NCBI GenBank assembly: GCA_965230295.1
Contig: OZ246001.1
Span: 2,944,001-3,008,000, forward strand
Source of the DNA: Marinicella sp.
GTDB lineage: Bacteria; Pseudomonadota; Gammaproteobacteria; Xanthomonadales; Marinicellaceae
Length of the DNA stretch: 64,000 bases
Direction of reading: 5' to 3'
The translations under genes were made by a program, and so were the position numbers. A model generated the notes under the pieces. It did not search any database, had not been told where the DNA came from, and saw only the letters and a program-made list of their open reading frames with translations. Position 1 is the first letter of the stretch; the number at the start of each line of letters is the position of its first letter. This document shows, piece after piece, positions 9,447 to 19,674 of the stretch.

Positions 9447-10205
9447 ATGATGCAAATATTGACTTTAACAGCCATGTCCTCAGTGGCCATTTCAGAGCTT
9501 GATCATCCATTGATGATTGCCCATGCGGGTGGCGGTCTGGTCACCAACAGTGGTGCATATAATTACACTAACTCGATTGAAGCCCTGAATGCTAACCATG
9601 CGGCTGGATTTCGGTATTTTGAAATTGACTTTTCTTGGACCAGTGATGGTCAAATGGTGTGCCTGCATGATTGGGACAAAACCTTTAAAAAGTTGTTTGG
9701 ATACAAGATCAAACAAGCCATCAGCTTTGCTGAATTTAAGCGGTTGATCGATGAGCACGATGAATTCCAGGTGTGTACTTTGGAAACACTGGCAAGTTGG
9801 TTACGTGACAAACCCGAGGTTAAAATCATCACCGACATCAAATACCACAACCTACAAGGCCTGCAAAACATCGCGAATCAGTTTCCAGAGCTGACCAAAC
9901 AATTCATTCCACAGATTTACCAACCTGAAGAATATGCGGTGGTCAAAGATCTGGGTTTTGATCAACTGATCTGGATTCTGTACCAATACAAAGGCTCCAA
10001 AAAGTCGGTGTTGGAACGTGCAGAAAAGATGGACCTGTTGGCTGTCAGCATGCGCGCCTCTCAAGCCAAAAACCGCACCTTGAAAAAACTGCTGAACAAG
10101 CACCGCATCTTTGTCTACACGGTGAACAAAGACCGGATCAAAAACAAACTGATTAACCAATACAGCGTCAGCGGCATCTACACCGACTTTTTGCCTTATG
10201 AGTGA
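9447..10205 (+). CDS. Glycerophosphodiester phosphodiesterase family protein
   Basis: IAHAGG, YTNSIEAL, FEID, HDW, YTVN and GIYTD motifs. Confidence 0.85.
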   Translation: MMQILTLTAMSSVAISELDHPLMIAHAGGGLVTNSGAYNYTNSIEALNANHAAGFRYFEIDFSWTSDGQMVCLHDWDKTFKKLFGYKIKQAISFAEFKRLIDEHDEFQVCTLETLASWLRDKPEVKIITDIKYHNLQGLQNIANQFPELTKQFIPQIYQPEEYAVVKDLGFDQLIWILYQYKGSKKSVLERAEKMDLLAVSMRASQAKNRTLKKLLNKHRIFVYTVNKDRIKNKLINQYSVSGIYTDFLPYE

Positions 10206-10247
10206 TGTTAAGAGTAAATACTTCCCAGCGGTATCATTCCGAATGCA

Positions 10248-10664
10248 GTCATCCTGCGGCTTGACCGCAGGATCCAGGTTGAAGGTGCTTTAGTGTTGTA
10301 AAAGCATTAATTAATTTGATGGTCCATGCAGCCTGGATCCCGGATCGGGGTCCGGGATGACGAAGCATTGGTTCAATCTAACTATTTCGTCATGCCGGCG
10401 TAGGTCGGTATCAAGCGTCTTCCAAATAGACCTTACAACAGTGGATATTATCATCCTCGGGCTTGACCCGGGGATCCAGGTTGGAGGCGCTTCAGTATTG
10501 AAAGGGCCTTAATTAATTTGATGGGCTATGCTGCCTGAATCCCGGATCGGGGTCCGGGCAGATGAAATTCCAAAATACATACTGCATTCACCACATCCAT
10601 GTGGTTCGATGACGAATTAAAGAATTAAATCGAACCCGTCATGCCGGCGCAGGTCGGCATCCAG
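10248..10664. repeat. Cluster of GTCAT-type REP/REPIN-like palindromes
   Basis: Two paired units (10248-10361 and 10450-10613) with similar spacers, plus single CGTCATGCCGGCG.AGGTCGG.ATC arms at 10388 and 10637; lies between convergent genes. Confidence 0.85.
10558..10607 (+). mobile_element. 50-nt micro-insertion within a REP arm
   Basis: Removing it restores GGTCCGGGATGAC as in the sister REP ending at 10361; a related 49-nt module lies at 22846-22894. Confidence 0.6.
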
Positions 10665-10694
10665 TCCTTAGACGTCTACGGCAGATTGACCCCC

Positions 10695-11537
10695 TTAACC
10701 CGCCAAAACCCCGGCCTGGTAATCCTTGAATGCTTGTTGAATTTCTTCGGTGGTGTTCATCACGAAGGGGCCGCCTCTGGCGATCGGTTCATTCAGGGGT
10801 TTGCCAGATACCACAATGAAGCGTGCATCTTCAGTGGCTTCAATCAACAATTGTTCAGCCGGGGTCAGGGTGGCCAAATGACCGGCATTGAGCTCTTGTT
10901 GATCTGCCAACTTGACTTGTCCTTGGAACAGGTAAATGAAGGCATTGTGCTCAGGGTCAATGCGATCGATCAATTGACTACCAGCAACCATGGTCACATC
11001 CCAATAGTTGGGTTTGACAAACGGGTTCTCAATCACACCTTGCGTACCCAGTTGTGTACTGCCGGCAATGACTTTGATTTGAACACCATCGGCATGCTGT
11101 TCGACTGGAATGTCTTGTGCCTCATATTCCTGGTATTGCGGTACATTCATTTTTTCCGCAGCCGGTAAATTGACCCACAATTGAAACCCTGACAGCAGGC
11201 CTTCGGTTTGTTCTGGCATTTCAGAATGAATGATGCCCTTACCTGCAGTCATCCATTGTACGCCGCCATCTTCGATCACACCGTTGTTACCGACACTGTC
11301 TTGATGGCGCATTTTGCCATTGAGCATATAAGTCACGGTTTCAAAACCACGGTGAGGGTGGGGGGGAAAGCCTGCCATGTAATCATCCGGCTGATCTGAA
11401 CCAAAATGATCCAGCAACAAGAATGGATCCAAATCCTGAACCTGGTGGTTGCCGATGATGCGGGTCAATTGCACCCCGGCCCCATCTGAGGCTGGCAATC
11501 CTCTGAAAATACGGTTGATGTGGTTGTGTTTGTTCAT
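10695..11537 (-). CDS. Pirin family protein
   Basis: DPFLLLDHF, HPHRGFETVTY, QWMTAGKGIIHSEMP, GPFVMNT. Confidence 0.95.
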   Translation of the reverse strand: MNKHNHINRIFRGLPASDGAGVQLTRIIGNHQVQDLDPFLLLDHFGSDQPDDYMAGFPPHPHRGFETVTYMLNGKMRHQDSVGNNGVIEDGGVQWMTAGKGIIHSEMPEQTEGLLSGFQLWVNLPAAEKMNVPQYQEYEAQDIPVEQHADGVQIKVIAGSTQLGTQGVIENPFVKPNYWDVTMVAGSQLIDRIDPEHNAFIYLFQGQVKLADQQELNAGHLATLTPAEQLLIEATEDARFIVVSGKPLNEPIARGGPFVMNTTEEIQQAFKDYQAGVLAG

Positions 11538-11538
11538 G

Positions 11539-12156
11539 TTATATCACTCCTGGTTCAAGCTGGGCTTGTTGGTTCATTGTAAACCCAGCCAATGGCTGTG
11601 CAACCGTCCAATCGGCTGCTTGATTGGCTTGATTGGCGTCGACGACAGTGATGTCATCAATACCAATAAAACGCATGATTTGTTGTAAATAGGGGGTGGC
11701 AAAATCCAGATCAGAACCGATGGGTACACCACCAGAAGCCATCACCAGAATGGCTCTTTTCCCTGTCATCAAACCAACAGGTCCTTGCTCGGTGTATTTA
11801 AAAGTCAGTTGGGCCCGGGCAATTTGATCAATCCAGGCCTTAAGCACAGCAGGTACACTGAAGTTGTAGATGGGCGATGCAATCACCATCACATCGGCTT
11901 GTTCAATTTCTTCAACCAAAGCATGAGAGTCAGACAAAAATTCATTTTGAACGGGCAGTCGCTCAGCTGCCGGGGTGAAATTGGCACCAATCCAATTTTC
12001 ATTGATGAAGGGTACGCCAGGCGCTAAATCGCGTTCAGTGAGGTTGATGTCATTCATTGTGGATGACAAATGTTCAATCACTTGGGTGCTGACATTTCTG
12101 GTGACCGAATCTTGTGAACGGCCGCTTGAGTTGATGTGTAATATATGGGTGGTCAT
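11539..12156 (-). CDS. azoR: FMN-dependent NADH-azoreductase
   Basis: INSSGR, PIYNFSVPAVLKAWID, TFKYTEQGPVGL. Confidence 0.85.
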   Translation of the reverse strand: MTTHILHINSSGRSQDSVTRNVSTQVIEHLSSTMNDINLTERDLAPGVPFINENWIGANFTPAAERLPVQNEFLSDSHALVEEIEQADVMVIASPIYNFSVPAVLKAWIDQIARAQLTFKYTEQGPVGLMTGKRAILVMASGGVPIGSDLDFATPYLQQIMRFIGIDDITVVDANQANQAADWTVAQPLAGFTMNQQAQLEPGVI

Positions 12157-12170
12157 GATGTACTCCTGGA

Positions 12171-12563
12171 TTATTGTTTGTTGCGAAACTTGTTATCCAA
12201 CGCCCATTTCCCAGGGCCATGAGCCACCAAGAACAGAAAACCACCTGCGATGGCAACGTTCTTCATGAACATGATGGATTGGGTTTGGTCAGCAAAGTCA
12301 AGATGAAAAAATAAGGCCGATAGCAGGCTGAATCCGGCCATGAGGAAGGCCACCAATCGTGTTTTGAATCCGACGATGATGGCCACAGCGCCAATGACTT
12401 CGGTGATGATCACCAAAGGCAACAGCAAGCTGGGCACACCCATGGCATCCATATATGCTGCGGTACCGCTGTAAGTTGAGATTTTGTTCAAACCTGCCAT
12501 AAGAAAAATAACGCTGATGAATATTCGTCCCACCAAAGCACTGTATTGTTGTATGTTTTGCAT
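12171..12563 (-). CDS. DoxX family membrane protein
   Basis: GRIFISVIF..GLNKI, GFKTR and FMKNVAIAGGFL. Confidence 0.9.
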   Translation of the reverse strand: MQNIQQYSALVGRIFISVIFLMAGLNKISTYSGTAAYMDAMGVPSLLLPLVIITEVIGAVAIIVGFKTRLVAFLMAGFSLLSALFFHLDFADQTQSIMFMKNVAIAGGFLFLVAHGPGKWALDNKFRNKQ

Positions 12564-12642
12564 GAAATGCTCCTGTTGAAAAATTAATTGATGCCATTAT
12601 GTGGGTTTTTGATGGGTGAATAAACAGTGTTAAATAGAATAT

Positions 12643-12665
12643 ATTGTTCTGTAATAATGAACAAT
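12643..12665. promoter_or_regulatory. Putative LysR operator
   Basis: ATTGTTC-N9-GAACAAT inverted repeat containing T-N11-A, between divergent doxX and LysR genes. Confidence 0.6.
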
Positions 12666-12718
12666 AGAGCATTAAAATAACCGCATACTGTGAAATCCAC
12701 ACATCAGGAAAAAATGAC

Positions 12719-13654
12719 ATGAACCATTTTGAAGACATGCAAACCTTTGTTCGGGTGGTTGAAGCTGGCAGCATCACCAAAGCGGCAGAACAACTGAATA
12801 CAGTTAAATCAGCTGTCAGTCAACGACTCAGCCGATTGGAAACAAAACTGGGTACTCAGTTACTCTCACGTACCACTCGATCACAAACACTGACGGACGT
12901 GGGCAGCCAATATTACCAAGCTTGCCTGAGGATACTGGATGATGTGGCGGAGACAGAGGCACAGATCAAGCACCAGGACCAAGCATTGGCAGGTCGAATT
13001 AAATTGGCCATCCCCCTGTCTTTTGGTTTGAATCACTTGAGTTGTGCCTTGCGCCGGTTTAATCAATTACACCCGGAAGTCGTTTTTGAACTTGACTTCA
13101 ACGACCGTCAAGTTGATTTGATCAATGAAGGTTTTGACTTGGCCATTCGCATTGCACGGCTGCAGGATTCAAGTTTAATCGCAAGAAAAATCACCCACAC
13201 CCAAATCATCCTCAGTGCCAGCCCCAGTTATCTAGAGCAATATGGCACCCCGAATCATCCTGATGATTTGAAGCATGGCCATGTGAAACTGCAGTACAGT
13301 TCCGCCCCTGGGCGCTGGCAATTTAAAGATGCCAACAACAAAACATATTCAGTCAAAGTGCCTACTGTATTGACCTGCAACAACGGTGATTTCATGCGCG
13401 ATGCTGCGATCGATGGTTTGGGTTTGGTACTGATCCCGGATTTTGTCTGCTCCCAAGCCATTAAAGATCAACAATTGATCCCTTTGTTGTGTGATTACAG
13501 GGCCGATAACCAGCTTAATGCCTATGCGGTCTATCCGCAGAACCGGCATGTGCCTGCCCGAATTAAGGCTTTGATCGAGTTTTTGTCAGATTATTTTGGT
13601 GATACGCCTGCTTGGCAAGTGTATGAGCCAATCAATCAAATGATCGGTAAGTAA
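12719..13654 (+). CDS. LysR family transcriptional regulator (CrgA-like)
   Basis: FVRVVEAGSITKAA HTH, RTTRS..LTD, VDLINEGFDLAIR. Confidence 0.95.
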   Translation: MNHFEDMQTFVRVVEAGSITKAAEQLNTVKSAVSQRLSRLETKLGTQLLSRTTRSQTLTDVGSQYYQACLRILDDVAETEAQIKHQDQALAGRIKLAIPLSFGLNHLSCALRRFNQLHPEVVFELDFNDRQVDLINEGFDLAIRIARLQDSSLIARKITHTQIILSASPSYLEQYGTPNHPDDLKHGHVKLQYSSAPGRWQFKDANNKTYSVKVPTVLTCNNGDFMRDAAIDGLGLVLIPDFVCSQAIKDQQLIPLLCDYRADNQLNAYAVYPQNRHVPARIKALIEFLSDYFGDTPAWQVYEPINQMIGK

Positions 13655-14514
13655 ATGTCGGTGATCAAATCATGTTCTGCCATTTGTGGGAACAAGTTTC
13701 GGTAGACGAAAAAACAAGGGAAATCACGCAACTCTTCATCGCTGTTCATCAACCATTGTTGGTACAGGTAGCGGATTTTATCTCCCATTAAATCATAAGA
13801 GCCATGGTGTGTTATTTTGGCACAACGGCCCCCTGGTATTTGTTTGGTCACAATGCCATAGTCATTGGGCCTTACATCGGTCAATACTGAGCTACAAACA
13901 TCGAACCGAAATTCGTCATTAGGGGTGGTTTCAGGGTCGTTGTAAGCCAAGCCCACCGTCAGGGTCGTTTCCAGTGGTGATTCTCCGCTTTGTTTGCGCC
14001 ATTGTATGAACTGGGCAATGGTTTGGTTGATGGCTTTTGGATTGCCGTGGTGTTCCAGAACCGCCAAAAGGGTGGTTGGGAATTCACAGGTGGTTACTTC
14101 CATATGGGTTTCCTGATGAGACATGTTGATTTGATGAAGTTCACTCCAGTCATCCCAATTGGGATTGGACCTGAAGCCTGAAGGCGTTTGGTCGTAGGTT
14201 TTCTTGAATGCCCTGGAAAAAGATTCATGGTTTTCAAATCCGGCATCCAGTGCAATGTCAATGATCTTGATTTCTGGCATAAAAGCCAATTGATATGAGG
14301 CACGTTTTAATTTAAGGCGTTGAATCAGTTGTGCCATGTTCAAGCCAAAATAAGCATTGAAAACCCGGTGAAAGTGGTATTTTGAAAAACAGGCCACTGT
14401 ACTGAGGTGATCCAGGCTTAATCCCCCCTCAGTGGGCTCTGACAATTCTTTATAGATATGCCGGATGACTCGATTCATCCTGTTGGCATACTTTATTTGT
14501 TTGTTTGGGCTCAT
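13636..14514 (-). CDS. AraC family regulator with GyrI-like effector domain
   Basis: FSKYHFHRVF, GFENHESFSRAFKK and HHGSY..LYQQWL; start reassigned to 14514 to avoid overlap with the upstream gene. Confidence 0.9.
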   Translation of the reverse strand: MSPNKQIKYANRMNRVIRHIYKELSEPTEGGLSLDHLSTVACFSKYHFHRVFNAYFGLNMAQLIQRLKLKRASYQLAFMPEIKIIDIALDAGFENHESFSRAFKKTYDQTPSGFRSNPNWDDWSELHQINMSHQETHMEVTTCEFPTTLLAVLEHHGNPKAINQTIAQFIQWRKQSGESPLETTLTVGLAYNDPETTPNDEFRFDVCSSVLTDVRPNDYGIVTKQIPGGRCAKITHHGSYDLMGDKIRYLYQQWLMNSDEELRDFPCFFVYRNLFPQMAEHDLITDIYLPII

Positions 14515-14527
14515 TGTTGAATCGTCT

Positions 14528-15001
14528 TTACTGAATTGTGGTGCGTTGTTTCCAGGGTTTGTAATATTTTGCCATGCCAATGATGCCCAGTATATATACC
14601 CCGGTACTGGCGATAATGACCATAGATAAAAAAGGCGAATTGGGAATCCGGGTAAACACTTCAGCTGCCAATGCCATATATAAGCCGATCACAGACCAAT
14701 ACATGAATTGAAAATGCCAGAAGCGGTATTTGTTAACCGGTTTTTTTATCCACAACGGTATCATGCCACCCATCAATGTTAATGTGGCTGCCACAGACAT
14801 GTAATGAAACAAGCCAAAATGTCCATACAATCTGTATGTCAGAAAAGATGTTCCTAACATGACCACCATAGAGCAAACATAAGCATACCCCAATATACGG
14901 TGTAATCGATTGCCTTTGCGTTTTGCCAGCACACAGGTACCAAAAATCAAGGCACTGATGGCAGAAATTAAATGAATGTTACCAAAAAACTGTTGGGTCA
15001 T
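14528..15001 (-). CDS. DUF2306-like membrane protein
   Basis: H..A..LIFG, KG..LHRILGYAY and H..FMYWSVIGL; start reassigned to 15001. Confidence 0.75.
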   Translation of the reverse strand: MTQQFFGNIHLISAISALIFGTCVLAKRKGNRLHRILGYAYVCSMVVMLGTSFLTYRLYGHFGLFHYMSVAATLTLMGGMIPLWIKKPVNKYRFWHFQFMYWSVIGLYMALAAEVFTRIPNSPFLSMVIIASTGVYILGIIGMAKYYKPWKQRTTIQ

Positions 15002-15169
15002 GAGCGGACAATAAATGATTGATTGGCTCCTATTGTAAGGATTGGTTTTGGTTTTACTTGACCGCAATTGCGGTTTATCCATGCTGTCCAGTGTAGGATT
15101 TGTGAAACATTGCTCAGCGCTTATTCGGAACTTGTGGTTTAATGTGAGTCATCACAGATTTGAGGCACA

Positions 15170-16609
15170 GTGATGTTATTAAGAACAAAAAGGATCCAAT
15201 GGGTGTTGTTGGTTTTGATTATAGGCCAGTCTTTCAATGCTTGGGCACAACTCAAAGCTTTTCCGGAAGCGACAGGTTTTGCTGCTTATGTAACTGGAGG
15301 ACGAGGTGGGGATGTCCACATTGTCACCAACCTCAATGCTTCAGGTGTGGGCAGTTTGCAATGGGCTGTTTCTCAGCCAGGCCCACGCATTGTGGTGTTT
15401 GAAGTTTCCGGGTTGATTGTTGGTGACTTACACATTCCACATGGTGATTTAACCCTGGCTGGACAAACAGCTCCCGGGGCAGGGATCACTCTGGTGGGGC
15501 ACATGTACACCACTTATAACTCGGACACGGGTAACATCATCATCAGGCACATGCGGATCAGGCCACCAGATCCTGATAGTGAATGGCCTGCTAATCAGCA
15601 TGATGCCATCCAATTTTCCACCGCCAACAACATCATGCTGGATCACATTGATGCTTCACATGGTGCGGATGAGACCATAGATTTTTGGGGAGGGGCAGCT
15701 CACATCACCATCCAGTATTCGCATTTATCATTTCCAATTTATGACACTGCCAATGGTTGGACCCACAACAAGGGTGTGATCAACCACCGTCCTTGTTTGG
15801 ATGGCGGAAGCTGTCAGCCCGGCGATCGAACAGGTGGTTACATCTCCATCATTAAAAATGTGTTTACGCATTCTCGAAACCGGACACCAGCCTTGTCTGT
15901 GGGCCCAGCCGAAGTGATCAACAACATCACTTATAACGGTCGTGAAGGCTTTGTTCACCATAATATTTCGGAAGGACAGTTCAACATCATGGGTAATCAG
16001 TACATAGAAGGACCCAGTGCCAGTTTGGCACCATTTTGGTTTGATCCAGAAAACCCTTCACCACCAGTACCCACTGAATATTGGCTGCAAGACAATTTGG
16101 TGGAAGACCCGGGCAGTTACAACGGCACAGTGCAAAACCCCTGGGATGATGTGGCATTCAGCAATGCCTATTCATTTGCTTGCTGTGGCATCAATTCATC
16201 CCAATTCAATCAATCAGCGGCTTTTGATTTCACTGTTGATCCAGGTTATGCCAGCAGCCAAATGATGGATCAAAATCAGTTGGAGACCAATTTGTTGTCA
16301 AGTATTGGCGCCTACCCGCATGACATTGTGGCCAGACAATCCATTCAAGAGTTGGAACAACGCAATGGCAGTTGGCGCAATTACCGACCCGCCAATCTAA
16401 TGGATGGTCTGACGCCAACGACACCACCCTTGGATTCAGATGATGATGGCATGCCCAATGACTGGGAAAACCTACATGGCTTAGACCCTCAAAATGGCAA
16501 TGACCACACCACCATCATGCCATCTGGTTACACAGCCATTGAACAATACATCAATGAACTGGCTTCCTGGTTGATTGGCGATGTTATTTTTGCCGATGAT
16601 TTTGAGTGA
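15170..16609 (+). CDS. Secreted pectate-lyase-like (PL1-type) beta-helix protein with C-terminal DVIFADDFE
   Basis: Signal peptide; AFPEATGF..TGGRGG..VTNLN, IVVFEVSG, GQTAPG.GITL, DSDDDGMPNDWE. Confidence 0.85.
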   Translation: MMLLRTKRIQWVLLVLIIGQSFNAWAQLKAFPEATGFAAYVTGGRGGDVHIVTNLNASGVGSLQWAVSQPGPRIVVFEVSGLIVGDLHIPHGDLTLAGQTAPGAGITLVGHMYTTYNSDTGNIIIRHMRIRPPDPDSEWPANQHDAIQFSTANNIMLDHIDASHGADETIDFWGGAAHITIQYSHLSFPIYDTANGWTHNKGVINHRPCLDGGSCQPGDRTGGYISIIKNVFTHSRNRTPALSVGPAEVINNITYNGREGFVHHNISEGQFNIMGNQYIEGPSASLAPFWFDPENPSPPVPTEYWLQDNLVEDPGSYNGTVQNPWDDVAFSNAYSFACCGINSSQFNQSAAFDFTVDPGYASSQMMDQNQLETNLLSSIGAYPHDIVARQSIQELEQRNGSWRNYRPANLMDGLTPTTPPLDSDDDGMPNDWENLHGLDPQNGNDHTTIMPSGYTAIEQYINELASWLIGDVIFADDFE

Positions 16610-16654
16610 AATCGTTTGTTACAGAATAGTCGTAATTTTTTCCAGGTGACATCC

Positions 16655-17575
16655 ATGAAAAAACAATTGTTGATATGGCCACTTATACTTACCTGCGGAT
16701 TATCTGGCTTCAATTCACATGCAACCAAACAAATAGCCATTTCCTTCGATGATGCACCACGATCTGACACCCATTTAAGCAGTGCGACCAGAACTGAAAA
16801 ATTGATGACGGGTTTAAAAAACAGTGGTGTTGAACATGCCATTTTTTTCATCACGACCAAGCATTTGAATGACAGCAGCCAATGGGTGTTGAAACAATAT
16901 GAACAAGCTGGGCACTACATCGCCAATCACAGCGATCAACATCTATGGCTCAATAAAACGGATGTGAGAATTTATCAACAAGATGTGCTCACAGCTCATG
17001 AACAATTGAAAGACTATGATCACTTTAAACCATTCTTTAGATACCCGTTTTTGGATGAAGGCAGGGATCATGAAAAAGTCAATGCCATGCAAACCTTCTT
17101 AACCAGGCTGGGTTATCAAAATGGTTACGTCACGGTGGATAATTATGACTGGTACCTAGATAAGCTTTATCAGGATGCCATCAAAGCCGGCAAAGCAGTT
17201 AACATGGCTCAAATGAGGCGGTTGTATGTCGATGTTTTGTATGCCGCCATCACCTTCTACGATGACACAGCCGTCAAGTACTTGGGGCATGCTCCCAAAC
17301 ATGTCTTGTTGCTGCATGAAAATGATTTGGCCGCTTATTTCATCGGTGATTTGGTGGCAAAACTCGAGTCAGAAGGCTGGGAAATCATATCACCTCTGGA
17401 AGCCTACCAAGACCCCATTGCACAACAAATTCCGAAAACTTTATTCACCGGCCAAGGCAGGGTGTCAGCCCTGGTGAGGGATACTGGCATTCTGGCCAAA
17501 GCGTTGATTCATGAAGCTGAAGATGAAGCCCATTTAGAACAAATGTTTCATGACTATCAAGTGGTTGCTGAATAG
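16655..17575 (+). CDS. Polysaccharide deacetylase family protein
   Basis: Signal peptide; ISFDD, IANHSDQH, FRYPFL and VLLLHEN motifs. Confidence 0.9.
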   Translation: MKKQLLIWPLILTCGLSGFNSHATKQIAISFDDAPRSDTHLSSATRTEKLMTGLKNSGVEHAIFFITTKHLNDSSQWVLKQYEQAGHYIANHSDQHLWLNKTDVRIYQQDVLTAHEQLKDYDHFKPFFRYPFLDEGRDHEKVNAMQTFLTRLGYQNGYVTVDNYDWYLDKLYQDAIKAGKAVNMAQMRRLYVDVLYAAITFYDDTAVKYLGHAPKHVLLLHENDLAAYFIGDLVAKLESEGWEIISPLEAYQDPIAQQIPKTLFTGQGRVSALVRDTGILAKALIHEAEDEAHLEQMFHDYQVVAE

Positions 17576-17704
17576 GTTTTGGTCGATAATTCATCGCACT
17601 GTACAAGCCAGAATCACTGCCAAATGACCATACAGAAAGACCAGAAACTTGTGTCTGCCTAAACAAGTGGTTAAACTGATTAAAACTTGACTGAAACCCA
17701 CAAC

Positions 17705-18319
17705 ATGCAACTAAACCAAACTGTTATCATCATCGCTGTCACTTGTCTGGTCTCTTATTTCGCCTGGCAGAACCGAACCTTGATGTCACGATTGATCTTC
17801 TGGTCTCCTGCCATCAAACAAGGACAGGTTGAACGTTTCATCACCCATGGCTTTATTCATGCTGATGGCATGCATTTGCTGTTCAACATGTTCACCTTTT
17901 ATTTCTTTGGTTCCATCATCGAAAGCTTTTACCGCCAATATTTGGGAGGTGCCGGTTTTGTGTTGTTTTACCTCTGTGCCATAGTGGTGGCCATGTTGCC
18001 TTCTTACATCAAGCACAAGGATGATCGCAATTACGCCAGCTTGGGAGCGTCAGGTGCCGTTTCAGCGGTGTTATTTGCCTACATTTTATTTGCGCCCTGG
18101 GAGTTTTTATACATCTTCGGAGCCATCCCCGTTCCGGCCATTGTGTTCGTGGTGGGGTATGTTTGGTACAGCATCAAAGCGCATCATGAGAACAATGACA
18201 ACATCAACCACAGCGCCCATTTATACGGTGGCTTATTTGGCGTGGTTGTCACTGCAGTGGTCGAACCCAGGATTGTCAGTCACTTTTTCAATCAATTATT
18301 CAATCCCGGTTGGTTCTGA
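17705..18319 (+). CDS. Rhomboid family intramembrane serine protease
   Basis: GFIHAD..HLLFNM, GASG and HSAHLYG motifs. Confidence 0.93.
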   Translation: MQLNQTVIIIAVTCLVSYFAWQNRTLMSRLIFWSPAIKQGQVERFITHGFIHADGMHLLFNMFTFYFFGSIIESFYRQYLGGAGFVLFYLCAIVVAMLPSYIKHKDDRNYASLGASGAVSAVLFAYILFAPWEFLYIFGAIPVPAIVFVVGYVWYSIKAHHENNDNINHSAHLYGGLFGVVVTAVVEPRIVSHFFNQLFNPGWF

Positions 18320-18365
18320 CAAGCCCAGCACATCAGAGGCATGACCCAATCCTGGATTGAGGCAA

Positions 18366-19589
18366 TCACAACAAATTAACAGCCACTCCATGGGGTAAGG
18401 CGGGCAGGGTAAAATGCTTGGCCAGGGTTTGGCCCATGTCTGCGAATGATTTTCTTGGCCCAATGTTCTGAGCTTGAATGTCTGGGCCAAAAAACAGCAC
18501 CGGTACATGTTCTCGGGTGTGGTCAGAACCAGGGAAGGTGGGGTCACAACCATGGTCAGCTGTGATCAAGGCCAAGTCACCAGGTTGCATCAATGCTTCT
18601 AATTCAGGTAAGCGCAAATCAAATTCTTCCAGCGCGTTGGCATAACCGGCCACATCTCTGCGGTGACCGAAATGGCTGTCAAAGTCGACAAAATTAACGA
18701 AAATCAGGGTGTTATCAGTTGCCTTTTTAAGCGAAGTCAACATGGCATCAAACAATGCCATGTTGTTTTCACCCTTGACCATTTGACTGATTCCACGATT
18801 GGCAAAAATATCAGCAATTTTCCCCACTGAGACCACTTCACCACCATTGGCCACCAAATGGTCCAATAAGGTTGATTGGATGGGTGGTGTAGTGAAATCT
18901 TTGCGGTTGGCCGTTCGTTGAAATGTGCTGGCGTCTTCACCGATAAATGGTCTGGCAATGACGCGGGTGATGTTGAGTTTATCAACCAGTTTCTTGGCCA
19001 CTTTTGAGATCTCTAACAATCGGTCCAAGCCAAAATGAGTTTCATGGGCGGCGATTTGAAACACGGAGTCTGCCGAGGTGTAACAAATGGGCTTGCCCGT
19101 TTGGATGTGATCTGTGCCCAATTGTTGAATGATTTCAGTTCCTGAAGCATGGCAATTACCCAAAATGCCTGGTAATTTCGCTTCCTTAACGAATTGGTCA
19201 ACCAACGATTTTGGAAAACAAGGAATTTTGTTTGGAAATGTGCCCCATTTAAATGGAACCGGAACGCCAGCCATTTCCCAGTGTCCACTGGGTGTGTCTT
19301 TGTCTTTACTTTGTTCTATGGCGTAGCCGAATGCCGCAGAAATGGTGTTGGTGTCATTGCCCGCCAGTGGTGAACCACTGCTGTCCTGTTGTGCTGCAGC
19401 CAATCCTAAGCGGGTTAAATTGGGGATTTTTAGTGAACCTGACCTGAGGCCTGCTACATCAGCATGACCTGCAGCACATTGAGCGGCGATGTGACCTAAA
19501 GTATTGGCCCCTTCATCGCCATAATTGGGTGCGTCTTCACTGGCACCTATACCCAATGAATCCATGACTAAAATGATGGCTCTGTGCAT
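18366..19589 (-). CDS. deoB: Phosphopentomutase
   Basis: VMDSLGIG, KDTPSGHWEMAG, YTSADSVFQIAAHE, TADHGCDP, DHTREHVP. Confidence 0.96.
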   Translation of the reverse strand: MHRAIILVMDSLGIGASEDAPNYGDEGANTLGHIAAQCAAGHADVAGLRSGSLKIPNLTRLGLAAAQQDSSGSPLAGNDTNTISAAFGYAIEQSKDKDTPSGHWEMAGVPVPFKWGTFPNKIPCFPKSLVDQFVKEAKLPGILGNCHASGTEIIQQLGTDHIQTGKPICYTSADSVFQIAAHETHFGLDRLLEISKVAKKLVDKLNITRVIARPFIGEDASTFQRTANRKDFTTPPIQSTLLDHLVANGGEVVSVGKIADIFANRGISQMVKGENNMALFDAMLTSLKKATDNTLIFVNFVDFDSHFGHRRDVAGYANALEEFDLRLPELEALMQPGDLALITADHGCDPTFPGSDHTREHVPVLFFGPDIQAQNIGPRKSFADMGQTLAKHFTLPALPHGVAVNLL

Positions 19590-19674
19590 AAATAATTGTG
19601 ATATAACTCAATGATAACCTATCATATTCTATCAGTGTACAGGGGTAATTAGAAAGTGAGGTCACATTAAACCG

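Noticed and set aside
10641-11168. 175-aa + strand ORF
   Set aside because: Starts inside a REP and is antisense to pirin. Most other short antisense ORFs in the track were rejected as similar shadows.
17705-18319. Rhomboid as a rhombosortase for the DVIFADxFE tails
   Set aside because: Rhombosortase substrates have a C-terminal TM helix; these tails are short and acidic. Proximity alone is not evidence.
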